From the NCBI GenBank assembly GCA_963735805.1, contig CAVTMK010000002.1, positions 736,001 to 800,000 on the forward strand: a DNA stretch of 64,000 bases. The letters run 5' to 3'. The DNA comes from an uncultured Verrucomicrobiae bacterium (GTDB lineage Bacteria > Verrucomicrobiota > Verrucomicrobiia > Chthoniobacterales > UBA10450). Positions 10,074 through 21,875 of the stretch are shown piece by piece; the stretch's first letter is position 1; every line of letters begins with the position of its first letter. A program made the position numbers and the translations under genes. The notes under the pieces are model-generated. The model did no database searches. It was not told where the DNA came from and saw only the letters and a list, made by a program, of their open reading frames with translations.

Positions 10074-10096
10074 ACGGCAATTGGAGGAAATAAGAA

Positions 10097-10492
10097 ATGG
10101 CAGAAACAGATAAATTGGTGGAGCAACTCAGTAGCCTGTCGGTGCTGGAGATTGCTGGGTTAGTCAAGCAGCTGGAAGAAAAGTGGGGTGTGAGCGCAGC
10201 GGCCCCGGTGGCAGTGGCAGCTGGTCCGGCCGCGGGAGGGGCAGCCGGCGGAGCGGCAGCTGCGGCAGCAGAAGAGAAAACTACCTTCGACGTAATCTTG
10301 AAAGAGATGGGCTCGAACAAGATTGCAGTGATCAAGGAGGTTCGTGGTGCGGTGCCGGGACTCGGCTTGGCGGAAGCCAAGGCGCTTGTGGAAGGCGCGC
10401 CAAAGACAATCAAGGAAGGCGTGACGAAGGAAGAGGCGGATGAGATCAAGAAAAAGATCGAGGCCGCTGGTGCGAAGGTGGAAATTAAATAG
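10097..10492 (+). CDS. rplL: 50S ribosomal protein L7/L12
   Basis: [12 protein letters not shown], Ala/Gly hinge, [21 protein letters not shown]. Confidence 0.99.
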   Translation: MAETDKLVEQLSSLSVLEIAGLVKQLEEKWGVSAAAPVAVAAGPAAGGAAGGAAAAAAEEKTTFDVILKEMGSNKIAVIKEVRGAVPGLGLAEAKALVEGAPKTIKEGVTKEEADEIKKKIEAAGAKVEIK

Positions 10493-10822
10493 CTGAAGGA
10501 CTCGTAAGATCGAGTGTTGCGGTTCCTCCTATGCCTAATGGAGAGGAATAGGGGTCTATAAACCGTCGCGTCACATTATTCCTTGCGAGGCAGAAATTTC
10601 GGTCTAGTGTTGTTTTCTGTTAGAGGCAGGCAGACCTATTTTTAACCCGGCGCTTAACGGCAATTACAAGAATGGCAACAGGGCAGTGGCCAATTTGACA
10701 GGCCAGTGTTTTGGGTGCATTTTTGTGTCCATCGCTCGCTGCTGAGCCCATAAAAAATCTTGCCCGTTTCGTGCACGACTGGTGGCGTGGACGTTGCGTG
10801 GCCTAACTCTTGGGTAGTGACT

Positions 10823-13800
10823 ATGTCGGAACGTATTTACTTTGGAAGCATCAAGGAAGGGATCGAACCGCCGAATCTTATTGAGGTTCAGGCTAATTCA
10901 TACGTTGATTTTCTTCAGAAAGACGTCCCTTTTTCAAAGCGGAAGAATCAGGGACTCCAGGCTGTTTTCAAAGAGGTTTTTCCAATAGAGAGCTATGACG
11001 AAAAAGCGGTGCTCGATTTCAGTCACTACGAAATAGGCGAGCCCAAGTTGACCGCGCTGGAGGCCCAGCGTGAAGGACAGACCTACAGCGCGCCATTGCA
11101 CGTGACGTTTCAATTGCGCGAAGAAAAAGGCACGAAGGAAGAGAAAGTTTATATGGGCGAAATCCCGCTGATGACGCCGCAGGGCACTTTCGTCATCAAC
11201 GGCGCAGAACGCGTGGTGGTAAGCCAGTTGCATCGCTCACCTGGGATCGCCTTTGAATCTACTGTCCACGTAAACGGAAAGGTGCTCTACAGTTTCCGGA
11301 TCATTCCGGACCGCGGATCGTGGATCGAGGTCCAATTTGATACGGCTGACCTTCTTTATATTTATCTGGATCGACGTAAGCGGCGCCGGAAGTTTCTGGC
11401 TACCACATTCCTGCGCGCTCTCGGCTACGGCTCTGATGAAGAGGTCATCAAACTCTTTTACAACATCGAGACGCTGAAGTTGAGCGACAAACTTGATGAG
11501 GAGAAGCTGGCTACAAAAGTGCTGACCGCGGAGATCCGCGACGGCGATGTCACGGTGGCGCGTGCATTCGAACCACTCACCCTGGCGACCGTTCGCCAAA
11601 TCATGGCGCTCAAGATTCACGAGGTGAAAGTGATTGACATCTCTAACGATGACACCGTGGTCAAAGCGCTTCGAAAAGATCCTGCGCACGATCAGGAGGA
11701 AGCCCTGAAGGACATTTACCGGCGTCTTCGTCCTGGCGATCCGCCGACTGTAGCCAATGCGCGCGCTTTACTTAAAAGGCTCTTCTTTGATCCAAAGAAA
11801 TACGACCTCGGACGCGTCGGTCGTTACAAGATTAATCAAAAACTTGGGATCAACGTCGATTCCACTGAGCGGATTTTAACGGACAAAGATTTCATTGCCG
11901 CGATCAAATACCTGATCAATCTGCGACGGGGCGAAGGCACTCTCGATGATATCGATCATCTGGGCAGCCGTCGCGTGCGTACAGTTGGTGAGTTGCTCGC
12001 GAACCAGTGCCGCGTCGGTCTGGCTCGTACGGAGCGTCTGGTCAAAGAGCGTATGACCCTGTTCGACATCAATGTGGACGGCATGACGCCGCAAAAGTTG
12101 ATCAATCCAAAGGCGCTCAGCGCTGTGATCCGCGATTTCTTTGGCCGCTCGCAGCTCTCGCAGTTCATGGATCAGACGAATCCACTCGCAGAATTGACGC
12201 ACAAGCGCCGTTTATCGGCTCTTGGCCCGGGCGGTCTCAGCCGCGAGCGCGCGGGATTCGAAGTGCGCGACGTTCACCCATCCCATTACGGACGCATTTG
12301 TCCCATTGAGACACCGGAAGGCCCAAACATCGGCCTCATTAGTTCGATGAGCACTTTCGCTCGAATCAATGAGTTCGGCTTCATCGAGACGCCGTATCGC
12401 AAAGTGGAAAAGGGCCGCGTGACTGATCAGATCGAATATCTGACTGCTGATCGCGAGGAGAATTTTCTCGTTGCGCAAGCCAATGCGCCTGTCGATGGCC
12501 GCGGACACTTCACAGGGGAAAAGGTATCTGTGCGCTACCGTGGCGACTTTCTCGAAGTCGATCCCTCCAAGGTGAACTACATGGATGTCTCGCCGAAACA
12601 GTTGGTATCAGTCGCGGCAGGACTTATTCCGTTCCTCGAACACGACGATGCAAACCGGGCACTGATGGGTTCCAACATGCAACGCCAAGGCGTTCCTCTC
12701 GTGGTTTCGGAAGCGCCGCTCGTAGGTACGGGTTTGGAAGAAAAGGTGGCGCGAGATTCTCACGCGGTTGTACTCGCAGCCGACAGCGGCAAGGTCGCTT
12801 CGGTGATGGCGGACCAAATCGTTGTGACGAAGGATGGTCATCTGCCCGAGAGCAAAAAGAAGCTCAAGACTGATCCGGAGGCAGGAATTCACGTTTATGA
12901 GCTGCGGAAATTCATGCGGTCAAATGCTGGCACATGCGTGAACCAGAAACCAATGGTGCGCAAAGGTCAGCACGTGAAACGCGGTCAGGTTATCGCTGAT
13001 GGTCCAAATACCGATCGCGGCGAGCTTGCTCTGGGACGCAACGTGCTCGTCGCGTTTATGCCCTGGAATGGATACAACTTCGAAGATGCGATCATGATCT
13101 CGGAGAAAGTGGTGAAGGAGGATGTCTATACTTCTATCCACATCGATGAATTCGAGATTGGCGCACGCGACACGAAGCTGGGCCCCGAAGAAATTACGCG
13201 CGACATTCCCAACGTTAGCGAAGAAGCTCTGCGGAACCTGGGACCCGATGGCGTTGTGCGGGTGGGCGCGGAAGTGAAGCCGGGCGATATTCTGGTTGGG
13301 AAAATTACGCCGAAGAGTGAAACAGAATTAGCGCCTGAAGAGCGCCTTCTGCGCGCAATCTTTGGCGAGAAAGCGGCGGACGTGAAGGATACGTCGCTTA
13401 CTGTGCCCTCCGGCACTTACGGGATTGTGATGGACGTAAAGGTCTCGTCTCGCCGCGAAGTTTCCCGCGAGAAACTCACGCCCGCAGAAACCAGACGGCA
13501 ACTCAAAACCATCAGTGAAGATCATAAGCGAAAGAAAGAGACACTGATCGAGCAATTGACCGATTCGCTTTCAAATGTCCTGCTCGGGGAAAAAGTTCCT
13601 CTCGATGTCGTAAACGCCAAGAACGGTGAGATCATTATTCCAGCCAATCGTAAGATCACCAAAACGCTCTTGCGAAAGCTGGCGACGGCACATGATCACA
13701 TCGAAATCGATCCAAGCCCAATCCGAAATAAGATCCGCGAAATCATTGGTGCGTATGAACATAAGTTTGCGGAACTGGAACTGGAACGCGATCGCGCCAT

Positions 13801-14617
13801 GGACCGGGTGGAAAGCGGGGACGATATCGACCCGGGAATTATTAAGCAGGTCAAGGTTTATATCGCCAGCAAGCGTAAGCTAAGCGTCGGTGACAAGATG
13901 GCCGGACGGCACGGAAATAAAGGCGTTGTTGCCCGTATCGTGCCCGAAGAAGACATGCCTTTCCTGGCAGATGGCACACCAGTTGAGATTGTGCTTAACC
14001 CGTTAGGTGTGCCCAGCCGTATGAACGTGGGACAAGTTCTGGAAACACACTTGGGCGTTGCTGCGAAGGCGCTCGGTTTTAAAGTCGCGACTCCCGTTTT
14101 CGACGGGATTAAGGAAAAGCAAATTCGCGAATATTTGCATGACGCCCGGAAAAAGGACGGATTCACCTGGGTGCAGGAGAGCGGTAAGGCAAAGCTTTTC
14201 GACGGACGCACCGGCGATCCTTTCGACCAGGAAGTCGTGGTTGGCTACATCTACATGATGAAGCTTGGCCACCTTGTAGCGGATAAGATTCACGCCCGCG
14301 CCGTGGGACCGTATTCACTCGTCACTCAACAGCCGTTGGGCGGAAAAGCGCAATACGGTGGTCAACGTTTTGGCGAAATGGAGGTTTGGGCACTGGAAGC
14401 GTACGGAGCCGCTTATACTTTGCAGGAACTGCTCACCGTTAAATCGGATGACGTGCAAGGACGGACTCGAATCTACGAGTCGATCGTCAAGGGCGACAAC
14501 TCGCTTGAAGCAGGAACACCGGAGTCTTTCAACGTTCTAATCAAAGAAATGCAGAGCCTGGGCCTGGACGTAAAAGTCGGCGGTCAGGCGCCTACTTTTC
14601 TGGAGAGCGTCGCATAA
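10823..14617 (+). CDS. rpoB: RNA polymerase beta subunit
   Basis: [44 protein letters not shown] at 10823 (MSERIYFG). Confidence 0.99.
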   Translation: MSERIYFGSIKEGIEPPNLIEVQANSYVDFLQKDVPFSKRKNQGLQAVFKEVFPIESYDEKAVLDFSHYEIGEPKLTALEAQREGQTYSAPLHVTFQLREEKGTKEEKVYMGEIPLMTPQGTFVINGAERVVVSQLHRSPGIAFESTVHVNGKVLYSFRIIPDRGSWIEVQFDTADLLYIYLDRRKRRRKFLATTFLRALGYGSDEEVIKLFYNIETLKLSDKLDEEKLATKVLTAEIRDGDVTVARAFEPLTLATVRQIMALKIHEVKVIDISNDDTVVKALRKDPAHDQEEALKDIYRRLRPGDPPTVANARALLKRLFFDPKKYDLGRVGRYKINQKLGINVDSTERILTDKDFIAAIKYLINLRRGEGTLDDIDHLGSRRVRTVGELLANQCRVGLARTERLVKERMTLFDINVDGMTPQKLINPKALSAVIRDFFGRSQLSQFMDQTNPLAELTHKRRLSALGPGGLSRERAGFEVRDVHPSHYGRICPIETPEGPNIGLISSMSTFARINEFGFIETPYRKVEKGRVTDQIEYLTADREENFLVAQANAPVDGRGHFTGEKVSVRYRGDFLEVDPSKVNYMDVSPKQLVSVAAGLIPFLEHDDANRALMGSNMQRQGVPLVVSEAPLVGTGLEEKVARDSHAVVLAADSGKVASVMADQIVVTKDGHLPESKKKLKTDPEAGIHVYELRKFMRSNAGTCVNQKPMVRKGQHVKRGQVIADGPNTDRGELALGRNVLVAFMPWNGYNFEDAIMISEKVVKEDVYTSIHIDEFEIGARDTKLGPEEITRDIPNVSEEALRNLGPDGVVRVGAEVKPGDILVGKITPKSETELAPEERLLRAIFGEKAADVKDTSLTVPSGTYGIVMDVKVSSRREVSREKLTPAETRRQLKTISEDHKRKKETLIEQLTDSLSNVLLGEKVPLDVVNAKNGEIIIPANRKITKTLLRKLATAHDHIEIDPSPIRNKIREIIGAYEHKFAELELERDRAMDRVESGDDIDPGIIKQVKVYIASKRKLSVGDKMAGRHGNKGVVARIVPEEDMPFLADGTPVEIVLNPLGVPSRMNVGQVLETHLGVAAKALGFKVATPVFDGIKEKQIREYLHDARKKDGFTWVQESGKAKLFDGRTGDPFDQEVVVGYIYMMKLGHLVADKIHARAVGPYSLVTQQPLGGKAQYGGQRFGEMEVWALEAYGAAYTLQELLTVKSDDVQGRTRIYESIVKGDNSLEAGTPESFNVLIKEMQSLGLDVKVGGQAPTFLESVA

Positions 14618-14648
14618 ATTTTAAACTGTAAATTATTAAAGACAAAAC

Positions 14649-17600
14649 ATGAACGAACATTCCTGGCGTGAGTTAGTGGGCGAAGAGCGCCCAGTGGGCT
14701 TTGATCAAGTGGCGATCGGCGTCGCGTCAAGCGACACCATGCGCTCGTGGAGTAAAGGCGAAGTCAAAAATCCCGAGACAATCAATTACCGGACTTTTAA
14801 ACCGGAGAAAGGGGGCCTTTTCTGTGAACGCATTTTTGGTCCGACGCGCGATTGGGAATGCTCATGTGGAAAATACAAGCGTATTAAGCATAAGGGAGTC
14901 ATCTGCGACCGGTGCGGCGTGGAAGTTACATTGGCTCGCGTCCGTCGCGAAAGAATGGGGCACATCGAATTAGCAGTGCCCGTTTCGCACATCTGGTTTT
15001 ACAAATGCATGCCTTCGCGCATTGGGCTCATGCTGGATATGAGCGCACGCCAGCTCGAACGGGTCATCTATTACGAGGATTATATCGTCATCGATCCGGG
15101 CAAGACGCCATTGCAGAAGACGCAGCTGCTCAACGAAGTCGAATACCGCGAGGCGCAGGAACAATACGGCGAAGATTTCGTCGCAGGCATGGGCGCGGAA
15201 GCAATCAGAAAACTTTTGGCCGAGATCGATCTCAACAAGCTCAACAAGGAGCTTGAGAAAGCGATGGGCGCCACTAAGAGCAAACAAATTCGCAAGAAGC
15301 TGGCCAAGCGGCTCAAGCTTATCCAGGGCTTCCAGAATTCGCACGCCCGTCCTGAATGGATGATTCTGGATGTATTGCCGGTTATTCCGCCAGATCTGCG
15401 TCCTTTGGTTCCCCTCGAAGGCGGACGCTTTGCCACCTCGGACCTGAACGATCTTTATCGCCGGGTTATCAATCGTAACAACCGGTTGAAAAACCTGCTC
15501 ATGCTCAAAACGCCGGACGTCATCATTCGCAATGAAAAGCGCATGCTGCAGGAAGCAGTCGATGCGTTGTTCGACAATGGCAGACATGGTCGGGCTGTGA
15601 CCGGCGCCGGTAATAGGCCTCTCAAATCCCTGAGCGATATGCTCAAAGGGAAAGGTGGTCGTTTCCGTCAAAATCTACTCGGCAAACGTGTCGATTACTC
15701 AGGCCGCTCCGTAATTGTGATCGGGCCGGAGCTAAAGCTGCAGCAATGTGGATTGCCGAAAAAGATGGCGCTGGTTTTGTTCGAGCCGTTCATCATCCGT
15801 CGGTTAAAGGACCTGGGCTATGTACACACCGTGCGCAGCGCGAAAAAGATGATCGAGCGTCAGACACCGGAGGTCTGGGACATTCTTGAAGAAGTGACTA
15901 AGGGCCATCCGGTGTTGCTGAATCGCGCGCCCACCCTGCATCGTTTGTCCATTCAGGCTTTTGAACCGCAATTAATCGAGGGTGAAGCCATTCGCATTCA
16001 TCCGTTGGTTTGCACCGCTTACAATGCGGACTTCGACGGCGACCAGATGGCGGTGCACGTTCCGCTTTCGGTGGAAGCTCAGATGGAAGCGCGCATGCTG
16101 ATGCTCGCACCAAATAACATCTTTTCTCCTTCCAGCGGCAAGCCTATCACAACGCCTTCCCAGGATATCACGCTCGGTTGTTACTACCTTACTCAAAACC
16201 CGCGCGGCGGAATTAAGGATGGACAGCGGCTCCCACTCTTTGCCGATGCGATCGAGGTGGAATTTGCCATGACGGAAGGAAGCGTTCGTACGCACGACCG
16301 TATCCGACTCAAGAACCCGGATTTTGGCAAACAAACAATCTACGGAAACGCGGAGTCCAGAACCATCGAAACCACTGCGGGTCGTGTCATTTTCAATGAG
16401 ATTTGGCCCAAGCAGCTTGGATTCTTCAACAGAGCCGCAGGCAAAAAGCAACTTAGCGACATTATCTGGCGCTGTTATCAAATCGCAGGGCCGGCGGAAA
16501 CTGTAGCGACCCTCGACAAGTTAAAAGAACTCGGGTTTGCCGAAGCTACGAAGGCTGGCATCTCAATTGGAATTTCGGACATGATCATTCCGAAAGAGAA
16601 AGAGACGGAGCTGGAAAATGCCTATAAGCAAATTCGACAGGTTGAGCAGCAGTATCGCAAGGGCATCATCACCGATGGCGAGCGCTACAATAAGATCATT
16701 GATATCTGGACACACGCCGGCGACGAAATTTCCGGCGCGATGTTCCGCACGCTGGAACACAACGATGGCCGTAAAGAGTTGAATCCTGTCTTCTTGATGG
16801 TCGATTCTGGTTCGCGTGGGAACCGCCAGCAAGTTAGGCAGCTGGCAGGTATGCGCGGCTTGATGGCCAAACCTTCGGGCGAAATCATCGAGCGGCCGAT
16901 CACGTCGAACTTCCGCGAAGGGCTGACCGTGCTGGAGTACTTTATTTCCACTCACGGCGCTCGCAAAGGTCTTGCCGACACGGCGCTAAAGACTGCCGAC
17001 TCTGGATATCTGACGCGCAAACTCGTCGACGCAGCACAGGACGTGATCATCAATGAAAAAGATTGTGGAACTGTAAATGGTATCGTCGTGCGCTCGATTT
17101 ACGAAGGCGACGAAGAGGTAGTCGATCTTGGGCAGCGCATTATCGGACGTGTAAGCTGCGAAACGATCGCCGATCCGGTCGACAAGAAGAAAAAGATCGT
17201 TAAAGCGAATCAGTTGATTGATGAAAAGATCGCCGCGGAGCTTCAGCGCGTAGGCGTGGAGAGCTTGAAGATTCGTTCGGTTCTCACCTGTGAGTGTGGC
17301 CGCGGCGTGTGCGCGATGTGTTATGGCCGCAATCTTGCGACGGGCCAATTTGTTAAGCTCGGGGAAGCAGTAGGGATTATTGCTGCCCAGTCGATCGGCG
17401 AACCGGGAACGCAGTTGACGATGCGCACGTTCCACATCGGCGGTACGGCCAGTCAGACTTTCAAACAACCAATCATCAAGGCGAAGAACGACGGCACGGT
17501 GCGTTTCAACGACCTGCGGACTGTTCAGGCACTCGACGGTAGTTGGATCGCGTTGAACAAGAACGGCTCTATTAGCGTGCACAACGCGGAAGGCCGCGAA

Positions 17601-18767
17601 CTCGAACGATACAACGTCGTGATCGGTTCAATGATCTCCAAGAGCGACGGCGCTGAGGTTAAGAAGGGCGAGACTTTCGTTCAATGGGACCCCTACAACG
17701 TGCCGATTCTCACCGACAAAGGTGGCAAAATTGAGTTCCGCGATATGATCGCCGGTGTCACAATCAAGCGGGACGTCGATGAGGCAACGGGCTTGATGGG
17801 TACCGTCATCATTGAGCACAAGGAGGATTTGCACCCGCAAATTGTTATCGTGGAGGACAAGAAGGAAGTCCTCGCAAGTTATTCCATCCCGGCCGGTGCG
17901 CATGTCATTGTGGAAGAAGGTCAAAAGGTGCGTGCTGGCGCCTTGCTGGCAAAGACGCCTCGGAAAGTTGCAAAGACCAAAGACATCACCGGAGGTCTGC
18001 CACGTGTAGCTGAACTATTCGAAGCACGCCGGCCGAAGGATGCTGCCGAGATTGCCAAGATCGATGGCGTTGTCGAAATGGGCGGCACAGTGCGCGGGAA
18101 ACGTCGTCTGATTTTGAAAGATCCCGATACTGGAACAGAAGAAGAACACCTGATCCCGCTTACCAAGCACATTATCGTGTTTAAGGGCGATTTTGTTAAG
18201 AAAGGCCAGCAACTGACCGAAGGCCCTGTCGTTCCTCACGAAATCCTGGAAGTCTGCGGCCCACAGGATTTGCAGGAGCATCTCGTCAACGAAGTTCAGG
18301 AGGTATACCGATTACAAGGTGTGGAAATTAACGACAAACATATCGAAATCATCGTGCGTCAGATGCTGCGAAAGGTGAAGATTACCGACCCAGGCGATAC
18401 CTCGTTGCTGTGGGGTGATCAGGTCGATAAACTCGACTTCGAGGAGGAAAACAAGAAGGTTGTCGAAAAGGGCGGCAAGCCGGCAGAAGCAGTTCCGGTC
18501 TTATTAGGAATCACGAAAGCTTCGCTCGAAACGGATAGCTTTATTTCCGCCGCCTCTTTCCAGGATACCACTCGCGTACTCACGGAGGCCGCTACTCTGG
18601 GCAAGGTGGATAGACTGCGCGGCTTCAAGGAAAACGTCATCATGGGTCACTTGATCCCTGCCGGCACTGGTTTCCCTGAGCACCGCGAGATTAAGCTCGT
18701 CGAAAAGGGTGAGCCGATTGGCGCGCCCGTAATAGAAGAAGCCGAGCCCCAGCCGGCGATCGGTTGA
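14649..18767 (+). CDS. rpoC: RNA polymerase beta' subunit
   Basis: NADFDGD catalytic motif, zinc finger, SFISAASFQ. Confidence 0.99.
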   Translation: MNEHSWRELVGEERPVGFDQVAIGVASSDTMRSWSKGEVKNPETINYRTFKPEKGGLFCERIFGPTRDWECSCGKYKRIKHKGVICDRCGVEVTLARVRRERMGHIELAVPVSHIWFYKCMPSRIGLMLDMSARQLERVIYYEDYIVIDPGKTPLQKTQLLNEVEYREAQEQYGEDFVAGMGAEAIRKLLAEIDLNKLNKELEKAMGATKSKQIRKKLAKRLKLIQGFQNSHARPEWMILDVLPVIPPDLRPLVPLEGGRFATSDLNDLYRRVINRNNRLKNLLMLKTPDVIIRNEKRMLQEAVDALFDNGRHGRAVTGAGNRPLKSLSDMLKGKGGRFRQNLLGKRVDYSGRSVIVIGPELKLQQCGLPKKMALVLFEPFIIRRLKDLGYVHTVRSAKKMIERQTPEVWDILEEVTKGHPVLLNRAPTLHRLSIQAFEPQLIEGEAIRIHPLVCTAYNADFDGDQMAVHVPLSVEAQMEARMLMLAPNNIFSPSSGKPITTPSQDITLGCYYLTQNPRGGIKDGQRLPLFADAIEVEFAMTEGSVRTHDRIRLKNPDFGKQTIYGNAESRTIETTAGRVIFNEIWPKQLGFFNRAAGKKQLSDIIWRCYQIAGPAETVATLDKLKELGFAEATKAGISIGISDMIIPKEKETELENAYKQIRQVEQQYRKGIITDGERYNKIIDIWTHAGDEISGAMFRTLEHNDGRKELNPVFLMVDSGSRGNRQQVRQLAGMRGLMAKPSGEIIERPITSNFREGLTVLEYFISTHGARKGLADTALKTADSGYLTRKLVDAAQDVIINEKDCGTVNGIVVRSIYEGDEEVVDLGQRIIGRVSCETIADPVDKKKKIVKANQLIDEKIAAELQRVGVESLKIRSVLTCECGRGVCAMCYGRNLATGQFVKLGEAVGIIAAQSIGEPGTQLTMRTFHIGGTASQTFKQPIIKAKNDGTVRFNDLRTVQALDGSWIALNKNGSISVHNAEGRELERYNVVIGSMISKSDGAEVKKGETFVQWDPYNVPILTDKGGKIEFRDMIAGVTIKRDVDEATGLMGTVIIEHKEDLHPQIVIVEDKKEVLASYSIPAGAHVIVEEGQKVRAGALLAKTPRKVAKTKDITGGLPRVAELFEARRPKDAAEIAKIDGVVEMGGTVRGKRRLILKDPDTGTEEEHLIPLTKHIIVFKGDFVKKGQQLTEGPVVPHEILEVCGPQDLQEHLVNEVQEVYRLQGVEINDKHIEIIVRQMLRKVKITDPGDTSLLWGDQVDKLDFEEENKKVVEKGGKPAEAVPVLLGITKASLETDSFISAASFQDTTRVLTEAATLGKVDRLRGFKENVIMGHLIPAGTGFPEHREIKLVEKGEPIGAPVIEEAEPQPAIG

Positions 18768-18785
18768 GTTAGGTTTACCGGGACG

Positions 18786-18848
18786 TTGTAGGGATTCTGC
18801 GCGCCAAACGCCGGCTGGTTATTGGCGTTTCATCGAAACGCCCTACAA
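18786..18848. repeat. GTAG-type REP doublet
   Basis: TTGTAGGG...CCCTACAA inverted ends; right unit hairpin GGCGTTTC-ATC-GAAACGCC-CTAC. Confidence 0.65.
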
Positions 18849-18856
18849 TCTGCCTG

Positions 18857-19402
18857 ATGTCGATTGTCACAAAAACGGGCGATAAGGGCGAAACTTCCCT
18901 CATGTACGGCCATCGCGTCTCGAAGAGCGATGCGCGCGTCGATGCTTACGGCTGTGTGGATGAGCTGACTGCTGCGCTTGGTCTGGCTCGATCCATTGCA
19001 ACCGACAAATTCATTTCCGGCGAAATCTTAGCCGCACAAAAAGATTTAATTGTTGTAATGGGAGAGCTGGCAACCGCTCCGAGCGACATGGAGCGTTTTG
19101 CGAAGGATGGCTTTCACACCACCACGTCGGCGATGGTCGACCGCATCACAGCAGTGATTAACGAACTTGAGAAAGACAAATCGCTTTATCCTAAGGACTG
19201 GGTGATCCCCGGGGAAAATCGAGTTTCTGCAGCTCTCGATTTTGCTCGCACAACATGCCGTCGCGCCGAGCGGCATATCGCTGCATTCAGTACCGCTGAC
19301 GCAAAATTCAACTTTGAGATTTTGCGTTATCTAAATCGTCTTTCGGATCTCTGCTGGATACTGGCCAGATACATCGAGAAAGATTCGCGAAGTTCCAGTT
19401 AA
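18857..19402 (+). CDS. pduO: PduO-type cob(I)alamin adenosyltransferase
   Basis: TKTGDKGETSL, AYGCVDEL, ARTTCRRAER, YLNRLSD. Confidence 0.92.
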   Translation: MSIVTKTGDKGETSLMYGHRVSKSDARVDAYGCVDELTAALGLARSIATDKFISGEILAAQKDLIVVMGELATAPSDMERFAKDGFHTTTSAMVDRITAVINELEKDKSLYPKDWVIPGENRVSAALDFARTTCRRAERHIAAFSTADAKFNFEILRYLNRLSDLCWILARYIEKDSRSSS

Positions 19403-19435
19403 CGGCGCGTTGCTGCTACACCCCTCGAATTGCGC

Positions 19436-19474
19436 TGCAATACAGCGTTAGAAATTGGCAACTCTCCGGCAGCG
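19436..19474 (+). promoter_or_regulatory. 39-bp conserved upstream motif, copy 1 (promoter/operator candidate)
   Basis: TGCAATACAGCGTTAGAAATTGGCAACTCTCCGGCAGCG; 32/39 identical to 20425-20463. Confidence 0.7.
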
Positions 19475-19506
19475 GAAGTCATCGCTTCTTGGTAGAAATG
19501 CCGGCG

Positions 19507-20418
19507 ATGAAAATCAGAATTACATTAATCGCAGCAATTTCATTTTGTATTTCAATTGCTCGCGGCGACGAGGCAATTTTCGCCTGGACTTACTCCACCG
19601 ATTTGCTCCCCAAAGGCCGGTGGGAATTTGAGCAATGGATGACCGCGCGCTGGGAAAAAGAGAGCGGCATCTACAATGTCTTCGATTTTCGCGAAGAACT
19701 CGAGTACGGACTCACAGATAATTTTCAGGTCGCGCTTTACTTGAACCATCACTACGTCAGCGCAGATGACGACTTCCCGGTGGCAGACCCGGCGCACCCG
19801 AAAAAACGGCTGCCCGGTGTTTACGAAACCGGCGGCGAGGATGTCCACGCGGGCCACGATCCAGCCACACCGTTCGACAGCTATCACTTCGAATCAGTTT
19901 CTTTCGAAGCCATTTATCGTGTGTTAAGCCCGTACAAGAACCCGATTGGGCTTGCTTTTTATTTTGAACCGGCCGTTGGGGACCAGGAAACGGAGCTGGA
20001 ATGGAAAATTTTGCTTCAGAAAAACTGGCTCGAAGATCGGCTCGTTTGGGCATTAAACGTTAATTACGAACTGGAATACGAAAAGGAGAATGACGGCAGT
20101 TACGAGCGCGACGGCATGTTCGAATGGTTCACCGGACTCTCTTACCGCTTTATGCGCAATTGGTCAGGAGGTTTGGAATTTTGGAATCATCACGAATTTG
20201 CCGATGCCACTGTCCATGAGCATTCGGCTTATTTTATTGGACCGACGATTCATTATGGCGGCGAACGCTGGTGGGCCACGCTCGGATTCCTTCGTCAGTT
20301 ACCAATCGGGCAGGCATTTAGTCAGGATAACAAGGAGTTTGCCGCGCACGACGGTTACATCTTTGGCGATGAGCACGAAAAATATTACGTGCGGGTTCGG
20401 ATAGGGTTTAATTTTTAG
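19507..20418 (+). CDS. Putative outer-membrane beta-barrel (DUF6662-like), paralog 1
   Basis: Signal peptide, alternating beta-strand pattern, ELEYGLTD motif, terminal GFNF. Confidence 0.75.
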   Translation: MKIRITLIAAISFCISIARGDEAIFAWTYSTDLLPKGRWEFEQWMTARWEKESGIYNVFDFREELEYGLTDNFQVALYLNHHYVSADDDFPVADPAHPKKRLPGVYETGGEDVHAGHDPATPFDSYHFESVSFEAIYRVLSPYKNPIGLAFYFEPAVGDQETELEWKILLQKNWLEDRLVWALNVNYELEYEKENDGSYERDGMFEWFTGLSYRFMRNWSGGLEFWNHHEFADATVHEHSAYFIGPTIHYGGERWWATLGFLRQLPIGQAFSQDNKEFAAHDGYIFGDEHEKYYVRVRIGFNF

Positions 20419-20424
20419 GCGTAT

Positions 20425-20463
20425 TGCAATCCTGCGTCAAAAAATAGCAACGCTCCGGCAGCG
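20425..20463 (+). promoter_or_regulatory. 39-bp conserved upstream motif, copy 2
   Basis: TGCAATCCTGCGTCAAAAAATAGCAACGCTCCGGCAGCG; same 32-nt gap to the start codon as copy 1. Confidence 0.7.
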
Positions 20464-20495
20464 CATTTCTGGAGTCGGTGTTAGGAATCGAAGCG

Positions 20496-21344
20496 GTGAA
20501 GATTCGCTTTCTCTTGATGCTTCTTTTTCTGCTTTGTCTTGGCCAGTTGCGCGCTGACGAGCAACTGTTCGGTTTCGTGCGCGGAGCGGAAACGCTTCCC
20601 GCGAACCGGTGGGAGGCTTATCAATTCGTTACTTTGGGCGAAGGAAAGAGCGAAGGGACGTACTACGGAACGCATTTCGAAACGGAAGCCGAATATGGAT
20701 TCACCGATCAATTCCAGGCGAGCCTTTCGCTCATCCAACATTATTTCTACAACAAGGGGGTGGATGGCGACCGCGATGCGTTGGACAACACCAACGCTTA
20801 CCGCTTCGGCGGATTTGAGGGCTCGGCAAAATATCGCTTATTGAGCCCGTTCAAGGATCCTCTTGGCCTGGCGTTACGATTGGAGGCTGGTTACTTATTA
20901 CACGATGAAGTCGATGGGCTAGATCAACACGAACGCTACATCAAGCCCGAGATCGATTTCCAAAAAGACTTTCTCGAAGACCGGTTGATTTGCGCGGTCG
21001 ATTTTGGTGTGGAATGGGCGTGGGGCAAACAGCCGGCCGAGCAATATCCCAGAGAACTCGCTTTCGAAGGCGCAGCGGGTGTGGCCTATCGTTTTGCTCC
21101 AAATTGGTATGCGGGCGTGGAAATTCACACCCGATGGGAATATCCGCTTTTCGATTTCGATAATTTCGAACACCGCGTTTTTTATGCTGGCCCGAGCATC
21201 CATTATTCGCAAGAGCGCTGGTGGGCCACACTGACCTGGAATTATCAGGTTTACGGCAAGGGTGTGGACGAGCCGACCGATGGGCAAACCTTTGCTGAGG
21301 AAACGCGGCAATTATTTCGGTTAAAAGTGGGATTTAATTTTTAG
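20496..21344 (+). CDS. Putative outer-membrane beta-barrel (DUF6662-like), paralog 2
   Basis: Signal peptide, EAEYGFTD, GPSIHY..ERWWATL, terminal GFNF; clearly paralogous to the preceding gene. Confidence 0.75.
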   Translation: MKIRFLLMLLFLLCLGQLRADEQLFGFVRGAETLPANRWEAYQFVTLGEGKSEGTYYGTHFETEAEYGFTDQFQASLSLIQHYFYNKGVDGDRDALDNTNAYRFGGFEGSAKYRLLSPFKDPLGLALRLEAGYLLHDEVDGLDQHERYIKPEIDFQKDFLEDRLICAVDFGVEWAWGKQPAEQYPRELAFEGAAGVAYRFAPNWYAGVEIHTRWEYPLFDFDNFEHRVFYAGPSIHYSQERWWATLTWNYQVYGKGVDEPTDGQTFAEETRQLFRLKVGFNF

Positions 21345-21350
21345 CGCGCG

Positions 21351-21875
21351 ATGAAGCCGGAATTCATTTTCGTTGCGCTGCCAGCTTCGGCGTTAATCGC
21401 CCCGTCCGCATTTGCGATTCAATACTTAACTGTCGATCAAGCGCAGCACGCGATTTTTCCGGGCAAATCATTCACGGCGGCTCCTATGAAGCTCACGAGC
21501 GCCCAACGCAAGGGCATTGAGCAGGCGAGTGGCGTGCGGGTTCTGCGCGACGAACAACAGGTCTGGCGTGTAAACGGAGGTGGCTGGTTTATCGTCGATG
21601 AAGTTGTCGGCAAACACGAATTCATCACTTACGCGGCGGGACTTAATCCTGATGGATCGGTTAAGCAGATTGAAATCATGGACTATCGCGAAACCTATGG
21701 TGGCCAGATTCGAGATCAAAAGTGGCGCGCCCAATTTGTCGGGAAGACCAGCAGATCGACGCTCCAACTCGATCGCGATATCAAAAACATCAGTGGAGCG
21801 ACTTTGAGTTGCCGGCACATCACTGACGGGGTTAAACGTCTTTTGGCATTTTATGAAATCGCCCTCAAACATTGA
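21351..21875 (+). CDS. Secreted FMN-binding (flavinylated) protein
   Basis: Signal peptide; YRETYGGQI; ISGATLS flavinylation motif. Confidence 0.9.
   Translation: MKPEFIFVALPASALIAPSAFAIQYLTVDQAQHAIFPGKSFTAAPMKLTSAQRKGIEQASGVRVLRDEQQVWRVNGGGWFIVDEVVGKHEFITYAAGLNPDGSVKQIEIMDYRETYGGQIRDQKWRAQFVGKTSRSTLQLDRDIKNISGATLSCRHITDGVKRLLAFYEIALKH

Noticed and set aside
10934..18643. Many antisense and alternate-frame ORFs within rpoB/rpoC and other core genes
   Set aside because: Shadow ORFs expected from codon bias; no motifs.
10823..18767. Intein or fusion in rpoB/rpoC
   Set aside because: Lengths normal, separate genes, no intein termini; the RpoB insert near 13450-13820 looks like an ordinary lineage-specific insertion.
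18768..19506. Cobalamin riboswitch near pduO or the barrel genes
   Set aside because: Spacers are short (about 90-105 nt) and I see no B12-box or GGGAA core.
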